Shown piece after piece: positions 19,867-30,003 of a stretch of 64,000 bases of DNA. Both the position numbers and the translations under genes were made by a program. Origin of the DNA: a virus (taxonomy: Duplodnaviria; Caudoviricetes); IMG/VR virus record IMGVR_UViG_3300021387_000661, positions 192,001-256,000 of that record. One strand, 5' to 3'. A model generated the notes under the pieces. It searched no databases and had not been told where the DNA came from. It saw only the letters and a list, made by a program, of their open reading frames with translations. Position 1 is the first letter of the stretch. Each line of letters opens with the position of its first letter.

Positions 19867-21249
19867 ATGTTTATTTCAAAAAACAAAGCATTCCGTGAGG
19901 AATATTGTGCATCCGTAGTAAGGATTGGTGAAACCTTTCCTATTGAAGGTAAGGACAGGATCGTAAAGACCATTGTCAATGGATTGTCAATTGTCATTGG
20001 AAAGGATGAATTCAAGACTGGTGACATTGCTGTCTATTGTTCAATTGAGACCTGTCTGCATGAACTGTTCCTCCACCTCAACTCAATGTATGAGGACAAG
20101 GAACTCAATGCGGACCAGGAAAAAAAGGGTTATATCAACAAGCATGGTCGCATCCGTGTCATCAGACTTGGTGGTGTTCCTTCCTATGGTCTTCTCATCC
20201 ATCCTTCATCTATTGCAACCTTCATCAATGAACCTGTTGAAGATGTTGTTAAGTTCCTTGAAGCACACATTGGTGAGGACTTTGATGAGATCAATGGTGA
20301 GAGGTTCTGCCAGGTCTTTGTACCTCCAGTAAAGTGTTCCAACCAGCCTGGTTCAAAGGCTGAAAGACTCAAGAAGAAACTTGACAGGTTCAAGATGCTT
20401 ATTGAGGGTTCATTCAGACTTCATTATGATACCAGCCCTCTTGCAAAGAATATGAGGGACATTAATCCTGATGATGAAGTGTACATCTCTGTGAAGGTGC
20501 ATGGTACGTCTGCGATTTTCGCAAACATTCTGACCAATGTTCCTACCAACTGGTTCAAGAGAATGTGGAGGAAGTATGTAAGGCATACTAATGAGTATGA
20601 CCAGAAGTACAACCTTGTCTATTCTTCAAGGACTGTCATCAAGAATGAGTATATCAACAAGAAGCAGAAGCCTGGTGGATACTATTCTGATGATGTGTGG
20701 GGATACTGGGGAAAGAAGTTGGATGGACTTATTCCACAGGACTACTGCATCTATTGTGAAATCGTTGGTTTTACACCAAATGGTTCTCCTATCCAGAAGG
20801 GTTATGACTATGGTTGTACCCATGTGGCAGAAGAGAAGTCCAAGTTGATGGTTTACCGTGCCACCAAGGCGGGTAAGGAACTTGAAATCTCTGAAGTCAT
20901 TAAGATTGGTGAAATGCTCAAGGAGAAGTTGGGTGACATCATTATGCCTTTCCCTCTTCTTTATTATGGAACACTGCATGACCTTTATCCTGATGTAGAT
21001 GTCCAGAACCACTGGCATGAGAATGTCCTTGAACTCTTGAAGACTGAAAAGAAATTCAAGATGGAAGAAATGGAACCTCTTTGTAGGACTAAAGTTCCAA
21101 GAGAGGGATTTGTTCTCCGTAAGGGTAATGACCCTGTATCAGAAGCCTGGAAGTTAAAGTGCTTCAAGTTCCTTGAAAAGGAAAGGGCTCTGATGGATGC
21201 CGGTGAGGTGGATATGGAAATGGAAGCAGGATACACAGAAGGTGCTTAA
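19867..21249 (+). CDS. RNA ligase (DRB0094/Rnl5-like) with N-terminal OB-like domain
   Basis: Motif I KVHGTS, CEIVG, REGFVLR, WKLK. Confidence 0.8.
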   Translation: MFISKNKAFREEYCASVVRIGETFPIEGKDRIVKTIVNGLSIVIGKDEFKTGDIAVYCSIETCLHELFLHLNSMYEDKELNADQEKKGYINKHGRIRVIRLGGVPSYGLLIHPSSIATFINEPVEDVVKFLEAHIGEDFDEINGERFCQVFVPPVKCSNQPGSKAERLKKKLDRFKMLIEGSFRLHYDTSPLAKNMRDINPDDEVYISVKVHGTSAIFANILTNVPTNWFKRMWRKYVRHTNEYDQKYNLVYSSRTVIKNEYINKKQKPGGYYSDDVWGYWGKKLDGLIPQDYCIYCEIVGFTPNGSPIQKGYDYGCTHVAEEKSKLMVYRATKAGKELEISEVIKIGEMLKEKLGDIIMPFPLLYYGTLHDLYPDVDVQNHWHENVLELLKTEKKFKMEEMEPLCRTKVPREGFVLRKGNDPVSEAWKLKCFKFLEKERALMDAGEVDMEMEAGYTEGA

Positions 21250-21251
21250 TT

Positions 21252-21283
21252 AAATTGGGAGATGAAAAATCTCCCAATTTTTT
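21252..21283 (+). terminator. Intrinsic terminator
   Basis: AAATTGGGAGAT/ATCTCCCAATTT plus T run. Confidence 0.8.
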
Positions 21284-21348
21284 CACTTTTATTTGGAAAT
21301 GTCAAAAATTTGTTGTATCTTTGTAGTACAAAACAAATAGATAAAGAT

Positions 21349-21609
21349 ATGGAAATTTTTAGAGCAAATTTTGACAAGTGGGTTTGGGATGATGCATATG
21401 GTAGTTGTCATGTTGAACATATAGAAATTGGTTACTATTCATCAAGAGATTTGGCGGAAAAGGAACTATATCTTTATATTTCACAGAGAATCAAAGATAT
21501 TGATAAGGAAAAAATCAAAAAGTATATATCACAGTCAAGTAAGAGTAACAAGATTATCATTAATAAGGATAACTATTATTGGATTGAATCCATAGATGTA
21601 AAAGAATAA
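21349..21609 (+). CDS. Hypothetical protein
   Basis: Start re-placed after the promoter at 21292-21323. Confidence 0.6.
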   Translation: MEIFRANFDKWVWDDAYGSCHVEHIEIGYYSSRDLAEKELYLYISQRIKDIDKEKIKKYISQSSKSNKIIINKDNYYWIESIDVKE

Positions 21610-21615
21610 AAGAAT

Positions 21616-22161
21616 ATGGAAGAAAAGAAATTCAATATCGGTGATAAGGTTATCTGTATCAACAAACAGTATTATGGTAATAGCTTCCATAATGGTTTGA
21701 GTAACAAAATAGATAATCATTTCATAAAAAGTTCAATTGTAAGTGATGTATATGAATATACTTATGGTTGGAAAGGTAAAGTGTTTTATATAAACAATTA
21801 CCATCACCAAGTTGATTCCATTGGAGATTCTTGTACTTATCAATATGGTGAGGTTTGTGAGAAAGATGGTATGCGTACATCTGATCCCAGGGATACTGAT
21901 AATATCTGGTATCATACTGAAAAAGATGTTGATGAAATTAAAAGAGTCATCAATGAATGTAAAGAAGATTTTCATAAGAAGTGTGAAGAATCAAGACAGG
22001 AGGAGATCAGCAAACTTGAAGCTGAAATCAGGTCTACTCAACACCGCATAGATGAATTGAAGAAAGGTGATAAGTTTATGTATTGTGGGTTGATGAGATC
22101 TGAAAAGGAATGGAATGATAGGATGGATGAAATCATCAATGATGCCATTGGTAAAAAATAA
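21616..22161 (+). CDS. Hypothetical protein
   Basis: ORF track. Confidence 0.7.
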   Translation: MEEKKFNIGDKVICINKQYYGNSFHNGLSNKIDNHFIKSSIVSDVYEYTYGWKGKVFYINNYHHQVDSIGDSCTYQYGEVCEKDGMRTSDPRDTDNIWYHTEKDVDEIKRVINECKEDFHKKCEESRQEEISKLEAEIRSTQHRIDELKKGDKFMYCGLMRSEKEWNDRMDEIINDAIGKK

Positions 22162-22166
22162 AGAAT

Positions 22167-22640
22167 ATGTTACAGAAAGAGAATAAGATTGAACTGAAAG
22201 TTGGAGATGTTATCCGTTTCAATAGGGCAAGGAAACATCATAAAATTGTGAATATGTTTGAATATGAAGGTAAGACATATTTCACATATACACCAATTGG
22301 AGATTATCCTTCATTCCACACCACTTCAAAAGATGCTCTTTGTGGTGTTTACACCTTTTATGGAAATGTCTATGATGGTGTTGTTGAGGTGAATGGTTAT
22401 CAGGTTCGAGGTACTGGAGGTAAAATCCTTTCAACGCCTAAACCTGTACAGGAGAAAATCAAGAAAGACACCACAAAGAAAGAACTGACTGATTTTCAGA
22501 AGTTCTTCAATGTGCAGTGCAGTGGTAGAATCAATATGACAGATATTGTCACTGGTTCAAGACTTGTTGGGATTTCTGAACAGAAATATGAGGATATCCT
22601 TTTCCACTATGATGAATACAAATCTGGTAAAAGACAATAA
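22167..22640 (+). CDS. Hypothetical protein
   Basis: ORF track. Confidence 0.7.
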   Translation: MLQKENKIELKVGDVIRFNRARKHHKIVNMFEYEGKTYFTYTPIGDYPSFHTTSKDALCGVYTFYGNVYDGVVEVNGYQVRGTGGKILSTPKPVQEKIKKDTTKKELTDFQKFFNVQCSGRINMTDIVTGSRLVGISEQKYEDILFHYDEYKSGKRQ

Positions 22641-22641
22641 T

Positions 22642-22962
22642 ATGAAAGAGATTCATTTTTACACCAACCTCACCAATGAGGAACAGACATCTGAATGGGA
22701 TCTTGACACTATGTGTGTGGATTATTTCACATCCAATGAAGCAATTGAGAACCCAGATGAGAAGATGGTGAAGACAACCCAGCTCTGTCTGTTGAGGAAT
22801 GCCTGGGATTACATTGACCGGGGTGACAGGGTGTTCATTCACAATGGTGATAAAGTGTTTGAAGTCCTTGAGGGGAAGTATGAGAACACTGGCAAGGAAA
22901 TCAGAAGAGGTATGGACATCTCCAAACTTCTTATAGGTGGTACATTTGGTAAAATCTATTGA
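22642..22962 (+). CDS. Hypothetical protein
   Basis: Start re-placed at MKEIHF. Confidence 0.65.
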   Translation: MKEIHFYTNLTNEEQTSEWDLDTMCVDYFTSNEAIENPDEKMVKTTQLCLLRNAWDYIDRGDRVFIHNGDKVFEVLEGKYENTGKEIRRGMDISKLLIGGTFGKIY

Positions 22963-22963
22963 A

Positions 22964-23272
22964 ATGACAGAACGGGAACTTCAATGTTTTGATGGTATTG
23001 GAAGGGGTCGCTGGGGTGAAGAGCACTCAAAGGTTCTTGCCTGGGCTGATTCACATCCAACCTGGAAAGTTGCAGCAGATGAACTTCCAGTTGAAGATGG
23101 AGAATATCTGATTGTTATTGAAAGCTTAAATAAACTAATCAGATATGTTGAAATCTGCAACTATGACAAAAAACATAAATCATTCACTTGTTGGGATTAT
23201 CACAATGATACAATCTGTACATACAAGAAGAAAGATGTGAAATATTGGATGAAAATTCCAGATTATAAGTAA
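22964..23272 (+). CDS. DUF551-like protein
   Basis: W...ELP.EDGEYL...VKYWMKIP. Confidence 0.6.
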   Translation: MTERELQCFDGIGRGRWGEEHSKVLAWADSHPTWKVAADELPVEDGEYLIVIESLNKLIRYVEICNYDKKHKSFTCWDYHNDTICTYKKKDVKYWMKIPDYK

Positions 23273-23333
23273 AAAAATTTGGAATTTTCATTTTTTTGTT
23301 GTATCTTTGTAGTAGAAATTAAAACAAAGTATT

Positions 23334-23888
23334 ATGAATAACAAAACACGTTTTCGCATTCTCAACAAGACTCGTGAGACTGTAACCCTCAAACTTCAGG
23401 ATAAACCTATGACCTTCTCTTGGGAGGAGTTCAACAAGAAACTTGTTGTAGTGGACAAGGTGTGGGCTGTCCTTAATGAGACAGAACAGAAAAAGCAGAA
23501 TGAAGCAGAAGAACTCATCAGTGATACTGTTGTCTCTGTAATGATCCAGAATGGAAATAGTGATGCCAGGACTAAATTGGCACATATGATGATGATCGGT
23601 AAGAATGTTGAAAGGATTACCGAACTCCTGGAATGTACCAGACTGGAAGCAATGCAGCTTATTCGTAAGAGACTGATGATGCTGAATCCATTTATGGTCA
23701 ATCCTATGTTCAGTGAAGAAGATATGAACAGGAATGGTATCCATCACAAGAAACAGCGTGGTGGTAACCCCAACAGGGATAAGGATGGTAACCGTGAAGT
23801 TGCATCCACTGTCGAGAACAAACCTACCCTTGGTGATGCCTTTGCTTGTCTGGGTGAGTTGAAAGAGAAATTGGACAAAGAGGATTAA
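23334..23888 (+). CDS. Hypothetical protein
   Basis: ORF track; follows a promoter. Confidence 0.7.
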   Translation: MNNKTRFRILNKTRETVTLKLQDKPMTFSWEEFNKKLVVVDKVWAVLNETEQKKQNEAEELISDTVVSVMIQNGNSDARTKLAHMMMIGKNVERITELLECTRLEAMQLIRKRLMMLNPFMVNPMFSEEDMNRNGIHHKKQRGGNPNRDKDGNREVASTVENKPTLGDAFACLGELKEKLDKED

Positions 23889-23890
23889 TT

Positions 23891-24226
23891 ATGAAGAAGA
23901 TTATATTTATACTTATTTCACTTTTATGTCTGTGCTCTTGTACTCATAACTATAAATGTGTTGTGAAATATGAGATATCTTATCCAGATACATCCTGGGT
24001 AAATGTTTATGAATTTGATGGTGTTAAGGAGGCATTTGCAAAGGTGTATACAGCATCAATATATAAAACCTTATTTGTGTATCCGAATGGACATACAAAT
24101 ATAGGAAGATATGAAATTGCAACTACCCCAGAAGGTAACTCAAAAATAACCATACTTGATTATAAGATGTATAAGTATGGTATAGATATTCCAAAAAAGA
24201 AAAGTAATGAAGAGAGAAGATTTTAA
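23891..24226 (+). CDS. Putative lipoprotein
   Basis: MKKIIFILISLLCLCSC. Confidence 0.6.
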   Translation: MKKIIFILISLLCLCSCTHNYKCVVKYEISYPDTSWVNVYEFDGVKEAFAKVYTASIYKTLFVYPNGHTNIGRYEIATTPEGNSKITILDYKMYKYGIDIPKKKSNEERRF

Positions 24227-25625
24227 GGAGATAACAAAATACATTGGAAGTATCATTAAGGGTACTTCCTTTGATGGTCATGTCTATACTGTAGGCGGAT
24301 CAGTTCGTGATTTTTATATGGGTAATGACATCAAGGACATTGACCTGGTTATTGACTTTCCTCACGGTGGTGTGGATTTTGCCAATTGGTGTAAGGAACA
24401 GGGATACACCAAAACTGTGGTCATATATGAAACATATGGTACTGCAATGTTCAAGTTCAAGCAGTATCCTGATGAGGAAATTGAATGTGTGATGACAAGG
24501 GGTGAGAAGTATCTTGATAAGGATTCAAGAAACCCTGTGACTGCATTTGCAGATATCAATGAAGATACAATCAGAAGAGACCTCACCATCAATGCCCTTT
24601 ATTATAACTGTTCTACTGGAGAGATTCTTGATTTAGTGGGTGGTCAGGAAGACATAAAGAATCACATCATCAGAACTACCAATACTGACCCTGATGTGGT
24701 GTTTGATGATGATCCGCTGCGAATCCTTCGTATCGTAAGATTTGCTACAAGATATGGATGGGAGATTGAGAAAAAGACATACAAGTCTATGAAGAAGTAT
24801 GTCAAGAGACTCAGGATCATCACCAAGGAAAGAATCCAGGCGGAGTTCAACAAGATTCTGATGTCTGAAAATGCAGTAATGGGTATCAATATGCTCCATG
24901 ATATTGGTGCAATGACATTTATTGTTCCTGAATTTGAGAAGTGTTATGGCCTCAAGCAGAATGCTTATCATTTTGGTGATGTTGCTGAACACACCCTTGC
25001 TGTCCTTGACTATCACTGTAAACATTTTGATGCAGATTTGACTGAAAGACTTGCTTGTTTCCTTCATGATATTGGAAAGACTGCAACCAGGACTGTAAAG
25101 GATGGAAAGGTTCATTTCTATGATCATGAGTATGTGGGTGCAGTAATGATTGATGACATTCTCAGGGCACTGAAGTATGACAATAACACTATCAAGGAAG
25201 TTCAGTTTCTCATCAGAAACCATATGAGGACTAAGCAGACTGGTGATGGTGCAAAGTATATCAAGGATAAGACTCTCAACAAACTCCTTTATGAGTGCGA
25301 GACTTTTGAGAGGTTCAAGTCTCTTATGAGAATTATAGAGTGTGACAATGAGGCACATGCAAAGGATTGCTGCATTCACAACCAGTATGAAGGACTGGTC
25401 AAGAGAGTGGAGTCTGATGAGAACCATATGAAGATGTTTAGTTACAAACTCCCTATCACTGGTGAGGACATTATGGAAGTCCTTGACATCAAACCAGGAC
25501 CGATCATTGCTGAAATCAACAAAAGACTTCTCAACCAGGCATTTATGGATCCTGGAATCACAAGGGGAAGATGTATCCAACTTCTTCCAGGTATCAAGAA
25601 ACAAGCAGAACAAGTTGTAAAATAG
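24207..25625 (+). CDS. cca: CCA tRNA nucleotidyltransferase with HD domain
   Basis: VGGSVRD, DIDL, RRDLTINA, DDPLRILR, ERI, HDIGK. Confidence 0.9.
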   Translation: MKREDFKEITKYIGSIIKGTSFDGHVYTVGGSVRDFYMGNDIKDIDLVIDFPHGGVDFANWCKEQGYTKTVVIYETYGTAMFKFKQYPDEEIECVMTRGEKYLDKDSRNPVTAFADINEDTIRRDLTINALYYNCSTGEILDLVGGQEDIKNHIIRTTNTDPDVVFDDDPLRILRIVRFATRYGWEIEKKTYKSMKKYVKRLRIITKERIQAEFNKILMSENAVMGINMLHDIGAMTFIVPEFEKCYGLKQNAYHFGDVAEHTLAVLDYHCKHFDADLTERLACFLHDIGKTATRTVKDGKVHFYDHEYVGAVMIDDILRALKYDNNTIKEVQFLIRNHMRTKQTGDGAKYIKDKTLNKLLYECETFERFKSLMRIIECDNEAHAKDCCIHNQYEGLVKRVESDENHMKMFSYKLPITGEDIMEVLDIKPGPIIAEINKRLLNQAFMDPGITRGRCIQLLPGIKKQAEQVVK

Positions 25626-25628
25626 ATT

Positions 25629-25886
25629 ATGAAATATAGAGACTTAATCAAGTTACTTGAACCTATTGCTGATGAAGAAATTAATATGACCTGTTCTTCT
25701 GAACAGGAATATCAAAGTCTTTATGATGATGATTCAGAACTTGGTGACAGGAAGAAGACAATTGATACAGTAAGGTTTTATCATTCACTTGATGATAATA
25801 ATGATTTTGTTGTTGGTGTGAAACAGGTCTATGATTCTGAATCATTTGATAACATTGGTGAAACAAAAGTTATAACAGAACTATAA
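25629..25886 (+). CDS. Hypothetical protein
   Basis: ORF track. Confidence 0.6.
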   Translation: MKYRDLIKLLEPIADEEINMTCSSEQEYQSLYDDDSELGDRKKTIDTVRFYHSLDDNNDFVVGVKQVYDSESFDNIGETKVITEL

Positions 25887-25898
25887 TATATTAAGAAT

Positions 25899-26699
25899 AT
25901 GGAATTACTTTTACATTGGATGCGCAAGCAGGAGATTGATGACAAAATGATTTATAAGGAAGCTGCCATCAAACAGGAGTGCTTTATCAGAGACCAGATT
26001 TGTATGAATCTCCTCCGCACACATGCATTTGTAGTATCTACTCACAGGTCAAAATCTATTATTCTTCCTGTGTATGCATTCACTATGGAGAATGGTATCA
26101 AGGTGATTTGCAGGGAGAATTTCTATGGGTGGAAACTGTCTGTTGTACTTCCTAAATACAGACCTTGTGAAAACATCATTCCTGAAGACTTGATTGAAGG
26201 TGGATACAATGGAAACACATCCAAGTGTTATTTTGAGGGGTTCAAGGATGAATGGGTCTTTGAAGGATACAAACCTGATGATAAATATCAGATGCATTTT
26301 TCCTTTGGTATTTACAGTGATTATGATTTCTACACTGTAATGTATATGCTCAAGCATCTCTATGGGAAAGAAGATTTTTCAGAAGATGCAAAGGAGCTGA
26401 CAAAGGAATATGTAGTCAGTACCATCAACAGGATTTATGATGAGTTTGGTTACAATGAAATGGAGATGACCAATGACTGGGGAGAACCTACTGAAAGGAG
26501 AGTGATGTCTGGATGGGAGATTTTCTGGAAGACTCATAACTATCTTGGTGATTATGATTTCAGGAAAGACAAAGGTCTTGATTATATTAGTATTGGTATT
26601 GTTGACAGACCAGAAGAGTTTGCAGATTATATCCTCAAATATCCTGAAATTGCACAGACTTTTGTGTCAGAAGTAAAATCATATAACTTTGAATTTTAA
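25899..26699 (+). CDS. Hypothetical protein
   Basis: ORF track. Confidence 0.75.
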   Translation: MELLLHWMRKQEIDDKMIYKEAAIKQECFIRDQICMNLLRTHAFVVSTHRSKSIILPVYAFTMENGIKVICRENFYGWKLSVVLPKYRPCENIIPEDLIEGGYNGNTSKCYFEGFKDEWVFEGYKPDDKYQMHFSFGIYSDYDFYTVMYMLKHLYGKEDFSEDAKELTKEYVVSTINRIYDEFGYNEMEMTNDWGEPTERRVMSGWEIFWKTHNYLGDYDFRKDKGLDYISIGIVDRPEEFADYILKYPEIAQTFVSEVKSYNFEF

Positions 26700-27034
26700 T
26701 GATGAAAAAAGTATCTGAAAAGTGGTTTAAAGACCATAATTGGAAGAAGTTTGTTGATAATCATATTGATGAAGATGGAATTGAAAGAAGACATCTCATA
26801 TATGAACTCAAACCAGATGGTTCCAAACTACATGCAAGGTATGACAGGATTATATATGTAGAAAATGGTAAGACTGTTAGTAGGTTTTATATGTTCTTTG
26901 CAAAGGGATGTACTGGGTTTGAGGTTCTGAATAGGGTTTCAAACAATAATTTCAGAGTGAACACAATCATCTCTGCATTGAATGTTGTAGGTTATGATGA
27001 GTTTGGTGATTGGATTGATGAAGACGTATTATGA
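26699..27034 (+). CDS. Hypothetical protein
   Basis: ORF track. Confidence 0.65.
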   Translation: MMKKVSEKWFKDHNWKKFVDNHIDEDGIERRHLIYELKPDGSKLHARYDRIIYVENGKTVSRFYMFFAKGCTGFEVLNRVSNNNFRVNTIISALNVVGYDEFGDWIDEDVL

Positions 27035-27330
27035 ATAAGAAGTTAAAAAACAAGGTATTTGACATCTTTTACAATAAGTATAAGATGCTTGAAAAATTCA
27101 ATTACATCAAAAAGGTAATGTCCTCCTGTACAACTCCCCAACAACTTGATGTTGCACACAAATGGGGGACATCAACATTATGGAATTGGTTTGATGTTAT
27201 GAATAATGATAATGATTTTGACCTATTTGGAACTTGGAGTTTCTGTTATAGTAGAACTCGTGATTTGTCAGATGATCTTAAGAAAACATATAAAGAGTTA
27301 TATGACAAATTGACAAAAGTTGTAGTTTAA
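27031..27330 (+). CDS. Hypothetical protein
   Basis: ORF track; followed by a terminator hairpin. Confidence 0.65.
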   Translation: MNKKLKNKVFDIFYNKYKMLEKFNYIKKVMSSCTTPQQLDVAHKWGTSTLWNWFDVMNNDNDFDLFGTWSFCYSRTRDLSDDLKKTYKELYDKLTKVVV

Positions 27331-27421
27331 TAAAAATGAGGGAAATAATTTCTCTCATTTTTTTTTTGTTTTTTCAATTTTTTTTATTATCTTTGTATCA
27401 GAAAACAAACACAAAGAGATT

Positions 27422-28039
27422 ATGAATGTTTTAGACCTTATCAAGAAAGACCTTCAGAATAAGAAGGATATGTTTGGACGCCCTATGATTGACACCATTG
27501 TTGTTCTCAAGAAGGATGACAAGGGTTACTACATTGAGTATGCTTTCAAGGAAGGTGCTCCCCATGACAACCGCTGCCTGTCCTGGTATGATTCCTATCA
27601 GCCAGAAGCATACCGCAAGAATGGGTGGTTCAAGACTAATGATGGTGTTGACCTTCCTGAAGATGAGACCAAGAAGAGACTGGATATAATCCGTGAGGAG
27701 CGGGAGAAGAAGATTGGAAAGGTGTTCCGTCTTTCTTCCTTTACCTGTGGTTATGAAGAGGCAGAAAAGAGTTGTCTTGAAGAATCAGAGAAGTCCTGGA
27801 ATGAATTTCATAAGGATGAGAATGGTAATCCTTTACCTTTCATCCCAGAAGACCACATCTGTAAGGTTGGTTGTCCTGCCAAGTGTTGTGAGTGGGTTAG
27901 AAACCGTGTATTTCCCTGGGCATATGAGAATCCTGTAAAGTGTGCCTGTTGGTTTCTCAGGGATGGGAAGACTATGGAAGATTATATCAAGGATTATAAA
28001 ATCCCTATATCTGTCACTAAACTTGCTGAACTATTATGA
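27422..28039 (+). CDS. Hypothetical protein
   Basis: ORF track. Confidence 0.7.
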   Translation: MNVLDLIKKDLQNKKDMFGRPMIDTIVVLKKDDKGYYIEYAFKEGAPHDNRCLSWYDSYQPEAYRKNGWFKTNDGVDLPEDETKKRLDIIREEREKKIGKVFRLSSFTCGYEEAEKSCLEESEKSWNEFHKDENGNPLPFIPEDHICKVGCPAKCCEWVRNRVFPWAYENPVKCACWFLRDGKTMEDYIKDYKIPISVTKLAELL

Positions 28040-28305
28040 AAGACAATCCCTGTATAAGGTTCTCTCACATTGGTACAGATGGTCAACCTGTATATAAACC
28101 TAAAAAGGTATTTGATACAGACAAGGAAGCAATAGCTTATGTCAAAGAGGTCAATATAATTAATGCCTCTCATATGATTCATAAACAGGTTGCATACAAA
28201 TGTCCAAAGTGTGGTAAATGGCATATAGGTAGAAGCACCACAATATTGAGTGAAAAGAACAGAGAAAAGTTGATTAATAATGGACAAACTCATCAACTAT
28301 ATTGA
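28036..28305 (+). CDS. Small zinc-binding protein (YxCxxCxxWHIG)
   Basis: VAYKCPKCGKWHIG; similar motif in 45268-45624. Confidence 0.65.
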   Translation: MKDNPCIRFSHIGTDGQPVYKPKKVFDTDKEAIAYVKEVNIINASHMIHKQVAYKCPKCGKWHIGRSTTILSEKNREKLINNGQTHQLY

Positions 28306-28852
28306 ATTCCGGTCCAAGAAGTATGGTGTGATTAAAGGAATTGCATCTGTCAATTCTATGTACTATCAGATTGGAATGTATACTGTAAGGGTATCAGACC
28401 ATATGAAGTACAATGAATCAGCAGTAAAAGAAAGTGATTACTTTTTCATCATCCAACCAAATGACACATATATCTTCATTACTAATCCAAAGTATAATAA
28501 GGATGGTAAATTATATATGAAGATTGTGACTTATGAGGAAGCAAAAGAGTTTATCAGGACATATGATGAACAGACTGCAATATTTCTCAAGATGACAGAC
28601 TGGTATATTCCTGAAAACTGGAATAGGAAAATCAATGACAAAGATAAACTCTCCTGGGATGAATTCAACAAGACATATATGAAGAATATGTCAAATGACC
28701 AGAAGATGGGTGTTGTGAACAGGATTGAATCTCTTGTCTTTGGTAACCCCAAGAAAGGAGATTTGAATACCAAACTTCCTGGTGCAATTGAAGCATATAA
28801 CAATATGACATCTGCCCAGTATAATGCTCTTATTAAAAAAATGGAGGGTTAA
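28280..28852 (+). CDS. Hypothetical protein
   Basis: ORF track; VRVSDH motif. Confidence 0.7.
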   Translation: MDKLINYIEFRSKKYGVIKGIASVNSMYYQIGMYTVRVSDHMKYNESAVKESDYFFIIQPNDTYIFITNPKYNKDGKLYMKIVTYEEAKEFIRTYDEQTAIFLKMTDWYIPENWNRKINDKDKLSWDEFNKTYMKNMSNDQKMGVVNRIESLVFGNPKKGDLNTKLPGAIEAYNNMTSAQYNALIKKMEG

Positions 28853-28856
28853 TAAT

Positions 28857-29030
28857 ATGTGTATTTGTGATAAACTACGATCTGGTGAAGTAAAAAGAAT
28901 TGAACTTGACTATGACAATTATACTTCCCTTTTGATGGATTATGGACAAATCTGGGCAAATGGTGAGGGTGAAGCATATGTTGATATAACATATTGCCCT
29001 TTCTGTGGAAAGAAATTTGAGAAAAAATAA
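28857..29030 (+). CDS. Small zinc-ribbon protein
   Basis: CxC...YCPFCGKK. Confidence 0.6.
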   Translation: MCICDKLRSGEVKRIELDYDNYTSLLMDYGQIWANGEGEAYVDITYCPFCGKKFEKK

Positions 29031-29187
29031 TTTTCAGATTTTTTTTGTTATATTTAGTTTGTGTAAGATATACACATAAATATAATGTAAGCTGGAAATA
29101 AAAATCCACAGGATACTATTTGGATTCATCAATGTGAGATAATAAAGACAGTTTACACAAAGTAATACAAATTTAACTTATATAGTT

Positions 29188-29733
29188 ATGAACAAAATTC
29201 TTGTTGTCGTCGACATGCAGAACGACTTTCTGACTGGCTCTCTCGCCAATGAATCTGCTGTAAATGTTATCCCTAATATCAAGAGGGAAATTGAAAGTGG
29301 TAAGTACAACCACATTATCTTCACAAGAGACACACACACTGAAAGGTATTTGGAAACCCAGGAAGGTAAACGTCTTCCTGTGACTCACTGTATTGCAGGG
29401 TCAAAGGGTTGGAATGTGTGTGATGAACTCCTCAATTCCAATTTTGGTATCATCGAACCTATGTACCTTAACAAACCTACATTTGGTTACAATGACTGGT
29501 ATGACTTTGTTACCCATAACCTTGTGGCAGATGGTGATGAATCTGAATTCACCTTCACAGGTACCTGCACTGACATCTGTGTTGTAAGTAATGCCCTTGC
29601 TGTCAAGGCTACATTCCCTGAAGCACAGGTAAGGTGTATTGCTGACTGCTGTGCTCCACTCTTTGGAGACCCTAAACGACAGGAGTCTGCACTTACTGTT
29701 ATGGAGTCTTGCCAGGTTGATGTGATCAGATAA
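29188..29733 (+). CDS. pncA: Nicotinamidase / isochorismatase family
   Basis: VVDMQNDF, DTH, HC, K, GTCTDICV catalytic motifs. Confidence 0.85.
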   Translation: MNKILVVVDMQNDFLTGSLANESAVNVIPNIKREIESGKYNHIIFTRDTHTERYLETQEGKRLPVTHCIAGSKGWNVCDELLNSNFGIIEPMYLNKPTFGYNDWYDFVTHNLVADGDESEFTFTGTCTDICVVSNALAVKATFPEAQVRCIADCCAPLFGDPKRQESALTVMESCQVDVIR

Positions 29734-29735
29734 TT

Positions 29736-30002
29736 ATGATTCTCCTTTATATCATCATTTCATTTACCAATGTGGTACTCCATATTTTTCGGAGTATCCT
29801 GGTGATTAAATCCAGTAAGTTATCCGCTTCTTTCTGGAACTGTATCTGCTATACTTTTAGTGCAGTAGTTGTAAAGTTCATTGCAGAAGTTGACCTTTGG
29901 ATTGCAATCACTGTACAGGCTGCCACCAACTTTATTGGTTGTTATGTCGGTATGTTGGTTTATGAGTGGTGGGAGAAATATACAAAGAAATCCCAAAATT
30001 GA
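29736..30002 (+). CDS. Small membrane protein
   Basis: Three hydrophobic helices. Confidence 0.65.
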   Translation: MILLYIIISFTNVVLHIFRSILVIKSSKLSASFWNCICYTFSAVVVKFIAEVDLWIAITVQAATNFIGCYVGMLVYEWWEKYTKKSQN

Positions 30003-30003
30003 T

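Noticed and set aside
24633-25613. 326-aa antisense ORF (also 32709-33344 and 7992-8585)
   Set aside because: Shadow frames of well-supported plus-strand genes
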